Below are positions 7,641 to 18,218 of a DNA stretch of 64,000 bases, in pieces. A program made the position numbers and the translations under genes. Below the pieces are notes generated by a model that searched no databases, was not told where the DNA came from, and saw nothing but the letters and a program-made list of their open reading frames with translations. The number at the start of each line of letters is the position of its first letter. Within the stretch, counting starts at the first letter, position 1. The DNA is from Acidobacteriota bacterium (GTDB lineage: Bacteria; Acidobacteriota; Thermoanaerobaculia; Multivoradales; UBA5704). The DNA lies in assembly GCA_040005235.1 (NCBI GenBank), contig JBDTZG010000023.1:18648-82647 (forward strand). Direction: 5' to 3'.

Positions 7641-9395
7641 ATGAGGCGACCCCAGAAGCTCGGCGCGCGACGGGAGATTTTGATCCTGCTGCCGGCGACT
7701 CTTCTCCTGCTGGTGCTGATCTCGACGTTTACCCTCTTCTCCCTGCGTAGCGCGCTCGCCCGCTGGCAGGGGGAGCGGCAGGACGAAGCCGCCGCAATCG
7801 CCGGGCGCCTGGTGCGCCAGCTCGGCGAGGCCGCCCCCCTGCCTACCGAGGCCGATCTCCCCCGGCTGGCCGAGCCCGTCCGGGCCCTGGGGGGCGCCCT
7901 CGCGATGACCGACGCGCGGGGGGCGACGATCGCCCAGATCGGACCCTACTCCGGGCTCGGCGCGACCGGCCGAGCCGGAGACTCAAGCCTCGCCTGGGGA
8001 CCGACCCTCGTCGGGGGCGATTCCGTGGCGGCCCGCGTGCCGCTGCGTGGGGCCGGACGAAGCCTCGTCGTCGAGCTCCCTGCCGCGGCGCTCGCGAGCC
8101 AGCTTCGCGCCGTTCGCTGGCTCACCCTGATCGTTCTTCCGGTCAACGCCGCCCTCCTGCTGCTCGCCCTTTTTTCGCTACAACAGATCCTCGGCCCCTG
8201 GGAACGCCTGCTCGCTCGGGCCGAGCAGGCGGGCGGCGCGCGTTCGAGCGACGAAGACGAGGTCGACTTCCTCCTCGCGACGTTTGAGCGGGCGCTCGCC
8301 GACGCTCCGGGATCGGCCGATCCGGCGGCCGGAGAGGACGACCTGGCGGCGCTCGAACGAACTCTTTCGCCCAGCCTGCAAAGCGGCCTGCTGCTCCTCG
8401 GCCGGCACGGCGAGGTCTTGGCCTTGAATGACCTCGGCGCCGCCCTGCTCGGCCTGCCGGCATTGCGTCCGGGCTCGGCGGCCGGACCTGACGTGCGCGA
8501 CCTGCTGGCCGGTCGGCCCGAGGTACTCGCCCTGATCGTCCCGGCGATCGCCTCGGAGAGCGCCGTGCAGCGCGAAGAATTGAGCATCGAAGGACCCGGA
8601 GGCGCGGGAGCGGGGAGTCGGCGCACGATCCTGGGGCTCTCCGTCCACCCGCTGCGACGGGTCGATGGCGGCGTCCGCGGTCACCTGATCCTGTTCACCG
8701 ATCTGACCGAGGTCCGCCTGCGCGGCGAGCAGGCGCGGGTCGCCGAAGGGCTTTCCCAACTCGGCGAGATGGCGGCGGGGGTTGCCCATGAGCTGCGCAA
8801 CGGACTCGCCACGCTGCGCGGGTACCTGACCTTGATCGATCGCCGGCCGGACGGGGACGCGGTGGGCGACTATCTCGCGGAGATGCGACGGGAAGCCGAT
8901 CACCTGGAGCGGGTGGCAAACGATTTTCTCGAATTCGCCCGACCCGGCTCGGCGCGCCGGGAGGCCGTGGCGCTGGATGAGCTCTTGGCGCGCGCCGCCC
9001 ACGATCCTGCCCTCGGAGGGTTCGGCGTGACGGTGACGGGCGAGCCTGGGCTGATCGCCTCGGGAGACGAGCCTCTCCTCTCCCGTGCCCTGCGAAATCT
9101 GCTCTTGAACGCCGCCGAAGCCGAGCGTCGGGCAGGAGGCGAAGGACCGCTGGAGATCGAGGCCCACAAAGGACCGGAAGGGTGTCTAAACGTCGAGATC
9201 CGCGATCGAGGACCGGGGGTGTCTCCCGAGATTCGCGAACGGCTCTTTCAACCGTTCGTGACCGGCCGGCCGGGCGGCGTGGGGCTGGGCCTCTCCCTCG
9301 CCTACCGGATCGTCAGCCTGCACGGTGGAACGCTCGATCTCGCCGACCGCGAAGGGGGCGGTACGGTTGCCACCCTCGTCCTACCCGCGGCCTGA
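7641..9395 (+). CDS. Sensor histidine kinase (PAS-HisKA-HATPase), PilS-like
   Basis: 2 TM segments; AHELRNGL H-box, NLLLNA N-box, DRGPG, LFQPF, GVGLGL. Confidence 0.9.
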   Translation: MRRPQKLGARREILILLPATLLLLVLISTFTLFSLRSALARWQGERQDEAAAIAGRLVRQLGEAAPLPTEADLPRLAEPVRALGGALAMTDARGATIAQIGPYSGLGATGRAGDSSLAWGPTLVGGDSVAARVPLRGAGRSLVVELPAAALASQLRAVRWLTLIVLPVNAALLLLALFSLQQILGPWERLLARAEQAGGARSSDEDEVDFLLATFERALADAPGSADPAAGEDDLAALERTLSPSLQSGLLLLGRHGEVLALNDLGAALLGLPALRPGSAAGPDVRDLLAGRPEVLALIVPAIASESAVQREELSIEGPGGAGAGSRRTILGLSVHPLRRVDGGVRGHLILFTDLTEVRLRGEQARVAEGLSQLGEMAAGVAHELRNGLATLRGYLTLIDRRPDGDAVGDYLAEMRREADHLERVANDFLEFARPGSARREAVALDELLARAAHDPALGGFGVTVTGEPGLIASGDEPLLSRALRNLLLNAAEAERRAGGEGPLEIEAHKGPEGCLNVEIRDRGPGVSPEIRERLFQPFVTGRPGGVGLGLSLAYRIVSLHGGTLDLADREGGGTVATLVLPAA

Positions 9396-9469
9396 AACGC
9401 GAAACCGGACGGCGCCTTGGGTAGCGCCGCCCGGTTCGAAGACTGGATCGGATGCCTGTGTCCGCCGTT

Positions 9470-10201
9470 TCAAGGAGCGGCGGGGGCGGCCGGTTTTTCC
9501 TTGTCTTCCTTCGGCTCGACCTTGAGCATCGAGGCCGTGGGAGCGAACTTGACCTTCTCGTAGTTGATGATCTGGGGGAAGGTGGTATCGAAGTCGGTCG
9601 ACTCGCCCGGCGCCAGGCTCAACTTTTGGAGCAGCGCCTGTTGCGCCCCCACCACGACCCCCTGCCTGTCGACCAGTTGGACCTCCAGCGCGACCGACGC
9701 GGCCATGTCCTTGCCGCCGTTTTGGAGCGTTCCCGAAACCCTGATCCGGTTGCGCGACGGATCGACCGACTGGCTCCAGACCACGACGTCGAGGTCCGGT
9801 TTCGGCGGCGCCGCGGCTGGCGCTCCCGCCTTGTCGCTCCCCGCGTCCGCTTTCGGCTCCTCGGCTTCGGGGCGCGCAAAGTCCTTGTCGGTCAACGACC
9901 ATTTTGCCTTAGACTTCGGCTGCTTTGGGGTCTCCGCAGCTTCCACGGCCTTGGTCTCCCGGTCGTGGGCGGCCTTCGCAGTCGCGGCAACACTCGCGTC
10001 CAAATCGACCAGGTCGGCGCGTAGGGACGAGAGCTTGCCGTCGATCGCGGTGAATACGACCTGCCGGCCCGAAACCTTCCACGGCCCTTTCACCTCAAGC
10101 CGCGAGCTGTCGTGCAGCACCAGCCAGTCGGCGCGAGACATCGTGCCGCCCGCCAGCAACGTCAGGGCCAGAATCGGCAACCACTTCTGAGCTCTTCTCA
10201 T
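9470..10201 (-). CDS. Exported protein with C-terminal FxLYD-like Ig domain
   Basis: Signal peptide, low-complexity linker, VSGTLQN...VQLVDRQG..VG...LAPGESTDF; immediately downstream of pilY1. Confidence 0.6.
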   Translation of the reverse strand: MRRAQKWLPILALTLLAGGTMSRADWLVLHDSSRLEVKGPWKVSGRQVVFTAIDGKLSSLRADLVDLDASVAATAKAAHDRETKAVEAAETPKQPKSKAKWSLTDKDFARPEAEEPKADAGSDKAGAPAAAPPKPDLDVVVWSQSVDPSRNRIRVSGTLQNGGKDMAASVALEVQLVDRQGVVVGAQQALLQKLSLAPGESTDFDTTFPQIINYEKVKFAPTASMLKVEPKEDKEKPAAPAAP

Positions 10202-10206
10202 GAGTC

Positions 10207-13200
10207 TCACTGGTCCCTCCAGTTCTGCTCGCGTACGCAAACCGGGATCGCGGCGATGCATACCAGCTCGGTGTTGACCTGGAACGTCTTGATGTCCTGG
10301 GTGTATTCCGTGAACTTACAGTCTCCCGGAAACAGCGAGCGAAGGACGTTCTTTGCCTCGGCTGAGGGCTGACAGACCGCTCCGGTCTGCGGCGGATCGG
10401 AGGTGGGGGGACGTTTGTTCTTGCTGATGTTGGTCTCTACGAAGGGGTTGGTCACGAACGACTTGATGACCCGTCGACGGTTTTCGGGGTCGGTGCCGAG
10501 CACAGGATTGGCGTTTGTCGCGAGAACGGTATAGATGTTGCTGGTTCCGTTTCGCTCGCAACGACCGCCGCCGATCGATTGAAGGGACGGCACGAACCCG
10601 GTGAACACCGAGATCCCCGACAGGGTGAGCGCTTTGGAGATCAAACGCTCGTTTGCGCTCAGCAACATCGTCCAGCCCGCTTGGCTGCCGATCGGCGGCA
10701 AGCTCAAGAAGTTCGTCCCCGCGCTTGCAACCGCGGTGTCCAGGGAGATTTGCACGAAGTCGGCGCCGGTCTTGGGCAGCGTCGTATTGACGCTCGGCAA
10801 TTCGGTGGCGCCCTGCGCGTGCCAACCGGTATCCAGCACGAAGTAGAACCGGCCTTCGATGAGCGCTTCACCCATCTTGTTTGGGTCGCTCCACAGGTCC
10901 TCGCGGTTACCGGTACCGAACCCAAGCGCAAACTGACCGCTCTTCGCATCGAAGACCACCGAAGGCGGGAAGAAGACCGGACGGATCTTTTCGGTCGCGG
11001 TGCCCCGGTCGGTCGCGGTGTCGAAGACCTTCACCGGCGCCCAGGCCGCCGAAGTAATGCGCTTCCTACCGGATCCGTCGACGACCAGCTGGACGTCTTT
11101 CGACATGTCGACTTTGTAAACCCAACCCTTGGTGGTGCCGATGTAGACGCGATCCAAATAGCCGTCGAGATCGGTGTCGATCGCCGCGGGATCGCTCGGC
11201 GCCGAGCCGTCAAGCTGGCGCTTGTAGATGACCAAGCCGGTTTCGATATCGACCATGTAAAGCCAATTTCCGCGCTTGTTCTGCCGCGAGGGATCCATCC
11301 CGCCGCCGAAGATCGCGACGTAATGATCCTCGTACACTTTGGGGGTTGCCGTACCGTCGACGAGAATCCGGATGCGGCCGGTGTTCGGCGTCGACCAGGT
11401 ATCGCCGAGGTCGCCGGTCTCATCGCTGTCGTTGTCCTCGTTGTTGTCCTCGTCCGAGGCGTCGCTGAAGCTCCAGAGCACCGAACCGAACGGCACCGGA
11501 CCGCAGTTCGAGCCGCCGTTCCAGCAGGATGGTACGTAGCCCCCGCCGAGCGGCTGGGGAACGCTGCTTGTGTTGAGCACGTCGGGCTGGGTCACGTCGA
11601 GAGTGAAGTAACCATTTCCGCCTTCGCGCAGGCTGCCTATCAACACGGTGCGCCATTCGCGATCCGTGGCGGTCGGGGTGCCGGTGTGGCTCGGATCCAT
11701 GAACACGTCATCGACTTGAATTGTGCCGTCGACGCCCCAATTCTGAGAGTAGGTACTCGCTTGACCGTAGAGATGCTTGAGCATCGGGCGCGGCACGAAC
11801 GCCATCACTTCCTTGCCCGTGCCGTTGTCGAAAGACTTGGGCGTCAGGCTCGTGCGATAGATGCCGGCATCGAAAAGGTGCATCTCGCCGTCGTTGCTGC
11901 CGACCGCGGCGACGCGGCGACGATATTGATGCTTCTGCCGGAAACACCGGTAGCCCTTGTTCGAGGTGCATGGCGTCGAGATGCCCGGCGGATTCGGCAC
12001 GTCGTTGTCGTAATACGCGATTCGATTAGGTGCGCTCAGCAGTACCGGATTCGAGTGGAAGATATCGCCGAGCACGAACGTCGCCGTTCTGGATGCGTCT
12101 ACAACGGCCTGTTTCTCCCCCAGCGTGTACTTGATCGCCCCTTCGACCAGCGAATTGGCGGTGTCCACGGCGAACGAGTCAGAAGTGTTCACGCCCAACA
12201 GTCCCATTCCTTCCCAAAGGTCCTGCTGGTCGGCAAGAGTTGTCTGTGGCAGCAGGAGCCTGCGCCCCGCGGGAACCGCCGCAGTAGAGGCGGCTTTCGC
12301 ATAAAACAGCCGCCGCTCATTATCGCCGGCACCGATCATCCAAGTCGGTGATCCGCCTTGCAGCTGGACGAACGAGGGCGCCTGTTCGAGGATCTTCACC
12401 CCGGCGTCCCAAAGGAAGCACTGGCTTCGAACGCCGACTCCCGGCGTCGCCGAGCAGAGCGTCTGGGTGCTTGGCTTGCCCGCGGCGTCGAGCGGGACCG
12501 GTTTCAAGAACGCGGACAGATGCCCGTCCCACGTAGCGCCGGCGCCCGGAGCCGGCGTGGGAAGGCGGTTCCCTAACCCATCCTCAAGGTGAGGCTCGAC
12601 GAACGAGGTAGGATTGAGCGACGTAAAGTTTGGAACGTAGACGGTGTCCTCGAAGTTCGCCTGCACGGTCGGCACCGCGGCGGACGAGAAGGAACGGCTC
12701 GTTTGGGTGACCCGCTCAAAGATGGTTTGAAGAGCTTTGGCAAGGCCCACCTGGTCCGTGGGGTTGAACGGTCTGATGGTTCCACCCGATCCCTTGTCCG
12801 CCAGGCACGAGAGCACGCTGCCGCCGATCGAGACCTGACCGAACGCCAGGACGATCGTCGTGATGCCGTACTTCTCGTACAAGACCTTCGCACCCTGACA
12901 GGCCGGCCCGAGCTCGCCATCGCCGCCACAGGTATCGAGTCCGTCGGTGAGAATGAGCAAATATTTTCCGCGACAATCGAAGAACTGGTCGTCCGCCTTG
13001 GCAACGCCCGCCCAGCCGGGGGTCGAGCAGGTAGCATTCATCGCGTCGTCGTCATGGCATCCCGCATACCAGTCCCGAAACTGGCTCATCGAGTTACCGA
13101 GCGGTGTATTGCCCTGGGCCAGCAGCGGCACCTGCAGGGGATCTACGAGCGGCGGATTGGCGACCGAGCCGAAAGGAGCGGTGGCCGTCTGGGTGAGGTA

Positions 13201-14247
13201 CTGAATGTAACGCGCCTGCCCGAAATCGGGAACCGTCTCGCTGCCCCTCAGGTTCGGCGCCAATCGACGCAGGATCTCGTCGCGGTTCGACGCACCCCAA
13301 TCGAACGGCAAGAAATCGCCGCGGTCAAATTTCGTGTTCGTGGGGTACAAAGGATTGATCGTGGTTGCCAGTTTGTACCTGTCGACCATCGAGTCGCTAT
13401 TGGCGTCCATGCCGGAACAGCTCTCCAAAACGCCGGTGCCGGGGCCCGACGCCGGTCCGAGCGGAATGTCCGCCGCGTAAGAGGTGCGCGCGTAGGTCTG
13501 GCGGACCAGGTTGAACGTGACGTCTTTGGTTTCCGTGACTGTAAACGTTGCCGGACATGACCCTACCACCGACCGGACGACGCGCACCGTGATCGTCGGG
13601 TCGCCCAGGTTCCCGGCGATCTTCTGAGTCGTGACTTTGAACCCCTTAAGAGAGGAGGGCGCGGTGGTTGGACGCAGCCAGATCGTCCAGGTGTTGGTGC
13701 CGAGATCCCCAAGACGCGGGGTGAATTGGGTTCGTGCATCAAAGCCGCCGTTGGCGATTGCGACCATGCTCGTGCATCCCCCCACGGTGGTATTCGCACC
13801 TGGGGTGTCCTCGCCGCCGAACACGTAAGGCACCCCCCTGACCGGATAGCCCAATGCCGATGGGGATGACGACCATCCTGGGTTGGCCGCCGGGGTATAG
13901 ATCCAATGTTTCCGGCGCACCAACGTCTGATCCTGGTTGAAGGTCGCGAAACCGTACTGGACGTCGGGGTTGTTGCCCAGCGCCGTGTAGAGCGCGCTCT
14001 TGGCCTGGTAGAACTTCGATTCGGGGTCGTCGCCCGAACCGATCGGCGAACTCGAGTCGGCCGGCTTCTCGTTCATCGAGCCCGAGGTATCCAAGAGGAT
14101 GAACATGTAGGGGGGCGCCGGCGACTGCCGCAGAAGCAAACGATCGTCGGCGCGACCGGAACCCAGGCCGAGGCACAATCCTTGAACCAACAGCGCCGCC
14201 GCGACCGTTCGCGACCGTCCGGAGAATCCCTGCCTTCGGTGTTTCAT
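10207..14247 (-). CDS. pilY1: PilC/PilY1 family pilus tip adhesin (vWA + beta-propeller)
   Basis: ILLDTSGSM MIDAS, LILTDG, LGDIFHSNP, GSNDGEMHLFDA, GVDG, LGDTWSTP, DTDLDGYLD Ca loop; AGGAGG RBS before ATG 14247. Confidence 0.92.
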   Translation of the reverse strand: MKHRRQGFSGRSRTVAAALLVQGLCLGLGSGRADDRLLLRQSPAPPYMFILLDTSGSMNEKPADSSSPIGSGDDPESKFYQAKSALYTALGNNPDVQYGFATFNQDQTLVRRKHWIYTPAANPGWSSSPSALGYPVRGVPYVFGGEDTPGANTTVGGCTSMVAIANGGFDARTQFTPRLGDLGTNTWTIWLRPTTAPSSLKGFKVTTQKIAGNLGDPTITVRVVRSVVGSCPATFTVTETKDVTFNLVRQTYARTSYAADIPLGPASGPGTGVLESCSGMDANSDSMVDRYKLATTINPLYPTNTKFDRGDFLPFDWGASNRDEILRRLAPNLRGSETVPDFGQARYIQYLTQTATAPFGSVANPPLVDPLQVPLLAQGNTPLGNSMSQFRDWYAGCHDDDAMNATCSTPGWAGVAKADDQFFDCRGKYLLILTDGLDTCGGDGELGPACQGAKVLYEKYGITTIVLAFGQVSIGGSVLSCLADKGSGGTIRPFNPTDQVGLAKALQTIFERVTQTSRSFSSAAVPTVQANFEDTVYVPNFTSLNPTSFVEPHLEDGLGNRLPTPAPGAGATWDGHLSAFLKPVPLDAAGKPSTQTLCSATPGVGVRSQCFLWDAGVKILEQAPSFVQLQGGSPTWMIGAGDNERRLFYAKAASTAAVPAGRRLLLPQTTLADQQDLWEGMGLLGVNTSDSFAVDTANSLVEGAIKYTLGEKQAVVDASRTATFVLGDIFHSNPVLLSAPNRIAYYDNDVPNPPGISTPCTSNKGYRCFRQKHQYRRRVAAVGSNDGEMHLFDAGIYRTSLTPKSFDNGTGKEVMAFVPRPMLKHLYGQASTYSQNWGVDGTIQVDDVFMDPSHTGTPTATDREWRTVLIGSLREGGNGYFTLDVTQPDVLNTSSVPQPLGGGYVPSCWNGGSNCGPVPFGSVLWSFSDASDEDNNEDNDSDETGDLGDTWSTPNTGRIRILVDGTATPKVYEDHYVAIFGGGMDPSRQNKRGNWLYMVDIETGLVIYKRQLDGSAPSDPAAIDTDLDGYLDRVYIGTTKGWVYKVDMSKDVQLVVDGSGRKRITSAAWAPVKVFDTATDRGTATEKIRPVFFPPSVVFDAKSGQFALGFGTGNREDLWSDPNKMGEALIEGRFYFVLDTGWHAQGATELPSVNTTLPKTGADFVQISLDTAVASAGTNFLSLPPIGSQAGWTMLLSANERLISKALTLSGISVFTGFVPSLQSIGGGRCERNGTSNIYTVLATNANPVLGTDPENRRRVIKSFVTNPFVETNISKNKRPPTSDPPQTGAVCQPSAEAKNVLRSLFPGDCKFTEYTQDIKTFQVNTELVCIAAIPVCVREQNWRDQ

Positions 14248-14312
14248 AACTCCTCCTGGCGCCACGAACCCAGCCGCCTGCGCCTCAATCGACAAATTTC
14301 TCAATCGTCAAG

Positions 14313-14840
14313 TCAGGGTGCAGGCACTACCGGAAGCTGCGGTTTGAAAGGTTGAATGTCGAGCATCGCGTTCAGCCGCTTCTCGGCGAGGGGCACGTCC
14401 GTGCCGTCGCTCGTGGTGCCCTTGCGGCTCGCGGTGATATCGACGAAGTAGGTGATCGCCCGATAGGGCTCTTCTCCCGGTTGCTGATTGACCTCGCACA
14501 GCGCGCAGTAGGGGGAATTGAGCCGGGTATACGAGTTGCGCTGGATCTTGATTCCGAGGCTCGCGGGCGAGCCGTCATCCGGCGTGAACGAGCTCCCCGC
14601 CTGGAATTCGCCCAGGATCAGCGCGCGGGCCGTCGCCTCCATCATCCCTGCGTCGGCGGCGTAGAAGACACGGTTGATCATTTTTTCGTTCGCGCCGATC
14701 TGCAGCTCGTTTTGGGTGACGAGAGACAAGGAGAGGCCGATCACCGTGAGCAGGAGAAGCAGCAGCAGAGCCACGATGTAGGCGCTCCCCTGCTCGGCCC
14801 AGAGGACGTTTCCACGACGGATGCCGCGATGGATCTTCAT
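14313..14840 (-). CDS. pilX: PilX-like minor pilin
   Basis: EQGSAYIVALLLLLLLTVIGL (no E5), ...FYAADAG; ATGA-coupled to pilW. Confidence 0.85.
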   Translation of the reverse strand: MKIHRGIRRGNVLWAEQGSAYIVALLLLLLLTVIGLSLSLVTQNELQIGANEKMINRVFYAADAGMMEATARALILGEFQAGSSFTPDDGSPASLGIKIQRNSYTRLNSPYCALCEVNQQPGEEPYRAITYFVDITASRKGTTSDGTDVPLAEKRLNAMLDIQPFKPQLPVVPAP

Positions 14841-16174
14841 GACAGATTCCTCAAGTCGACCACCGTTTGCAGCAGTCGGCGCCGATACATCCGGTCGGTG
14901 CGACCGTTGGTGCGGTCGGGCACGTCGAAGGCGTAGGCGTGGTCTTCCGAGCGATCCAGGATCGGCGCAATGTAGTCGGAATCTCGCCGTTCCGTGCGCG
15001 CGAGCGTGCTGATCCGAAGGTAGGCGAGCTTGCCTGCGATTGGGTTTTCGGGTGCGGCGTTCGCGGCCTCGGCGATCCGGACGTTTCCCAGCCACTCATC
15101 CGTCGGCTGCTGGGCGATGTCGGGGGCCTCGACCACCAGGCCGTCATTGTTGGTGTCGATGCCATAGGTCGCCTGGAGATCGACGATGCCGGACGCGATG
15201 TCGACGGTCAGGTTCGCGGGATTGTTTCCATAGGGGATTTCGGTCCCGGGATAAAATCGCGCGCGGGTAAGGACCGGTACCAGATCGCTCGCGGGATCGG
15301 TCGGGTCGGCCCGGTCTTCCCGCACGTAATAACGGTACTCTTCGAGGATCCCAACGTAGATCGCGCTGTTCAGCTGGGGCGGCATGTGGAAAGCGCCCGG
15401 AGGCTGCAAGGCGCGATACGCAACCGACAACGGCTCGTCGTTGGTCAGATATTTGATCGTTACGCCTTCCAAGGCCCCGCATTCGGTGGCGGTCTTCGTC
15501 GAGTTGACCGGATCCATCACGATCACGGTGTAAAAAGTATGATCGAGCGGCGAGGTCAAGATCAGCGCTTCGTAGCTCGGTCCCCGCGAAGGGTCGGCGG
15601 CCGCGTCGATCAAATCCTTGAACGGCGCGAGCGGCTGGTCGATCCCGGCTGGCGATAGGGCGCAGAGCTGAAACTCGCCATTGGTGGTGGTCGCGGGATC
15701 GGCATCCCCCGCGCTGCCCGGAGGGTTCGGACCATCGTCCCAGCGCCGGTACCCCAGCTTGTCGAGCGTGTTGAGCTGAAAGATCTGGGTTGAAAAGACG
15801 CCGCGCAGCGTGATCAGGTCCGTGCCGTCGAGCAGCTTGGGTGTAGCGGCGTCGCCCGGAATCAGGCGCGCAGCCGAACCCGTGACGTTGCTGCGCACGG
15901 AAATGGCGATTCCCGTCGGCAAAGGCGTACCCGGTTGGACGGAGGGCAACCCGCCGCGGCCGGCCATCCGGGCGAGTCGCACCATGTCGTACTGACCGAT
16001 GCGCAACGACTGCTGCATTTCCGAGATCCGGGTCTGGACCCGGGCGAGACGGTCGCTCAGATTGAACAGCTGGAGCATGATCAGGGTCAGGATCAACGTC
16101 ACGCCGAGCACGATCAATAGCTCTATAACCGTGAAGCCCGACGGCGTGCTGCGCAAGGAGCGGCTACTTTTCAT
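14837..16174 (-). CDS. pilW: PilW-like minor pilin
   Basis: GFTVIELLIVL, RMAG motif, DLQATYGIDTNNDG, C-terminal TVVDLRN. Confidence 0.85.
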   Translation of the reverse strand: MKSSRSLRSTPSGFTVIELLIVLGVTLILTLIMLQLFNLSDRLARVQTRISEMQQSLRIGQYDMVRLARMAGRGGLPSVQPGTPLPTGIAISVRSNVTGSAARLIPGDAATPKLLDGTDLITLRGVFSTQIFQLNTLDKLGYRRWDDGPNPPGSAGDADPATTTNGEFQLCALSPAGIDQPLAPFKDLIDAAADPSRGPSYEALILTSPLDHTFYTVIVMDPVNSTKTATECGALEGVTIKYLTNDEPLSVAYRALQPPGAFHMPPQLNSAIYVGILEEYRYYVREDRADPTDPASDLVPVLTRARFYPGTEIPYGNNPANLTVDIASGIVDLQATYGIDTNNDGLVVEAPDIAQQPTDEWLGNVRIAEAANAAPENPIAGKLAYLRISTLARTERRDSDYIAPILDRSEDHAYAFDVPDRTNGRTDRMYRRRLLQTVVDLRNLS

Positions 16175-16187
16175 CGGCCCGGATCCT

Positions 16188-16733
16188 TTAAAAAACCTTG
16201 ATCGAAGAAAGCGTGACCTTCTTGGTCAAGCCGAGGAGCGCCAAAGCGGTACTCGCCCCGGTTCGGCCCGGTGAAACCTCAATATCGATCTGGCGCAGCT
16301 GGGCGGGCGGAATGACCCCGCCCGGTTGCAGCGTGGTGCAGCGGCCGTTGGCAAAATCGGCAAGGTCGCATTGGCGGATCGATACTTTCCGGTTCCAGAC
16401 CGGATCCTGCGAGCCGAGCGTCGTCGAGTCGACCCATGACCTCGACGCCCCCGAGTAATAGGTCGTGGTCACGAGCTCGGTGGCGCCGTTCGGCACCGCG
16501 ACATCCACGTTGTCGATCGGCAGGTCGTTCAAACGCTCCAACTCCGATTTGGCCGCGTTGGTCAACTGGGTATATTGGTTGCCTGAGGAATTGCTCATCG
16601 CGGACCGGGTGAAGATCGGCAGCAGGCCGAGCAGGATGAACAGCAGGATCGCGGAGGCGATCAGCACCTCGATAACGGAAAAGCCACGCTCCTTCTGCGG
16701 TCGCTTCCCTCGGAAGCTCCAGGTCTCTGGCAC
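16188..16733 (-). CDS. pilV: PilV-like minor pilin
   Basis: RGFSVIEVLIASAIL; GTG start with GGAGG RBS; first gene of the minor pilin operon. Confidence 0.8.
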   Translation of the reverse strand: MPETWSFRGKRPQKERGFSVIEVLIASAILLFILLGLLPIFTRSAMSNSSGNQYTQLTNAAKSELERLNDLPIDNVDVAVPNGATELVTTTYYSGASRSWVDSTTLGSQDPVWNRKVSIRQCDLADFANGRCTTLQPGGVIPPAQLRQIDIEVSPGRTGASTALALLGLTKKVTLSSIKVF

Positions 16734-16781
16734 GGCGGATCCTCCCTTTTGCGGCTGCGGTCCTCTTGCGGTATCGATGAA

Positions 16782-16797
16782 AGCAAAGCCGGGGCCA
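16782..16797 (-). promoter_or_regulatory. Sigma54 promoter of the pilV-W-X-Y1 operon
   Basis: Minus strand reads TGGCCC-CGGCT-TTGCT (GG-N10-GC); AT-rich IHF-like tract at about 16810-16830. Confidence 0.75.
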
Positions 16798-16886
16798 CTG
16801 AATCACGTCGTTTGTTTTCAATGGTTTCCAAGAGATCCCTTGCCCCGACCTCAAGCCTGCGCGCTACCGACGGTAACGATTTTGCC

Positions 16887-18218
16887 TCAGTTGCGGTACT
16901 TCGGCACCCCTTGGAGATCCAGCTCCTGAATCTTTCGCTGGAGGGTGCGATAGCTCATCCCGAGCGCCTCGGCCGCCCGCAGCTTGTCCCCTTCCGCGGC
17001 GATCAAAGCGCTCTCGATGCGCTCGCGCTCCGAGCGCGGCGGGCGGACCACGGCTCGCAGGTCGGCCGCCCGTAGGGTGGAACCCGAGGCGAGGATCGCC
17101 GCCCGTTCGAGAACGTTCCCGAGCTCGCGGACGTTGCCCGGCCAGGATTCCGACGAGAGGAGATCCACCGCATCCGCCGCCAGCGTAAGCGGTGCGCTAC
17201 GGTGCCGCTCCGCGAGTCGATTCAGAAGGTGTCGGGCCAGAAGCGGAATATCGCTCGTCCGTTCGCGCAGAGCGGGCAGCTCGAGCGGAAAGACAGCCAG
17301 GCGGAAGAAAAGATCGGAGCGGAACGAGCCGGCTGCCGCCATCGCCTCCAGATCGCGGTTGGTCGCGGCGACCATTCGGACGTCGGCGTGCAACGTGGCG
17401 CCGCCTCCTACCCGCTCGAACGACCGCTCCTCCAGCACGCGCAGTACTTTGCCCTGCACCTCCGGGCGAAGCTCGCCGATCTCGTCGAGAAACAGGGTGC
17501 CGGAGGCGGCGAGCTCGAAACGGCCGACCTGGCGCCGGTCAGCGCCGGTGAACGCACCGCGCTCGTGACCGAACAGCTCGTTTTCGATCAAGGTCTCGGG
17601 GATCGCCGCGCAGTTCACTGCGACGAAGGGTCCAGAGCGCCGCGGCGAGAGCGCGTGAAGCGCCCGGGCGAACAGCTCTTTACCGGTGCCGCTTTCTCCC
17701 GTGAGCAATACCGTGCTCTCGGTCGGAGCCACGCGTTCGAGCAGGCGCAGGGCGGCGCGGAGGCGCGGATGACGGCCGACGATCGGCGGCGCTCCGGGCG
17801 GCGCGAAAACGGGCGGCGCGGCCGCCTCTTCTCCCTCGGTGCCCAAGGCGCGTTCGAGCAGGCGAGCCAGATCGTCGATCTCGACCGGCTTTTCGAGAAA
17901 ATCGTAGGCGCCCTGCTTCATCGCCTCGACGGCGGTCGCCACGGAGCCGAAACCGGTAAGCACGATCACCGGAGCCGTGGGCGCCGCCTGCCGGGCGGCG
18001 GCGAGCACGTCGAGCCCCGAGCCGTCCGGCAGCTTGAGATCGGTAAGGATCGCGGCGAACGCCCCTGCCGTGAGCTTCGCCTTGGCCTCCGCAACGTCCG
18101 CGGCGCTCGCCACCTCGTACCCTTCTTCCGAAAGCGCGGTGACCAGCAGGCGGCGAAGCGAGTCCTTATCCTCAACCACCAGGAGCCGGGCTCGCCGCCG
18201 TGCCGGGCGCTGGCTCAC
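16887..18218 (-). CDS. Sigma54-dependent response regulator (REC-AAA-Fis HTH), PilR-like
   Basis: LVVED, TDLKLPD, GESGTGKE, ELFGHERGAFTGA, FLDEIGE, WPGNVREL; GTG 18218 overlaps the selA stop. Confidence 0.93.
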   Translation of the reverse strand: MSQRPARRRARLLVVEDKDSLRRLLVTALSEEGYEVASAADVAEAKAKLTAGAFAAILTDLKLPDGSGLDVLAAARQAAPTAPVIVLTGFGSVATAVEAMKQGAYDFLEKPVEIDDLARLLERALGTEGEEAAAPPVFAPPGAPPIVGRHPRLRAALRLLERVAPTESTVLLTGESGTGKELFARALHALSPRRSGPFVAVNCAAIPETLIENELFGHERGAFTGADRRQVGRFELAASGTLFLDEIGELRPEVQGKVLRVLEERSFERVGGGATLHADVRMVAATNRDLEAMAAAGSFRSDLFFRLAVFPLELPALRERTSDIPLLARHLLNRLAERHRSAPLTLAADAVDLLSSESWPGNVRELGNVLERAAILASGSTLRAADLRAVVRPPRSERERIESALIAAEGDKLRAAEALGMSYRTLQRKIQELDLQGVPKYRN

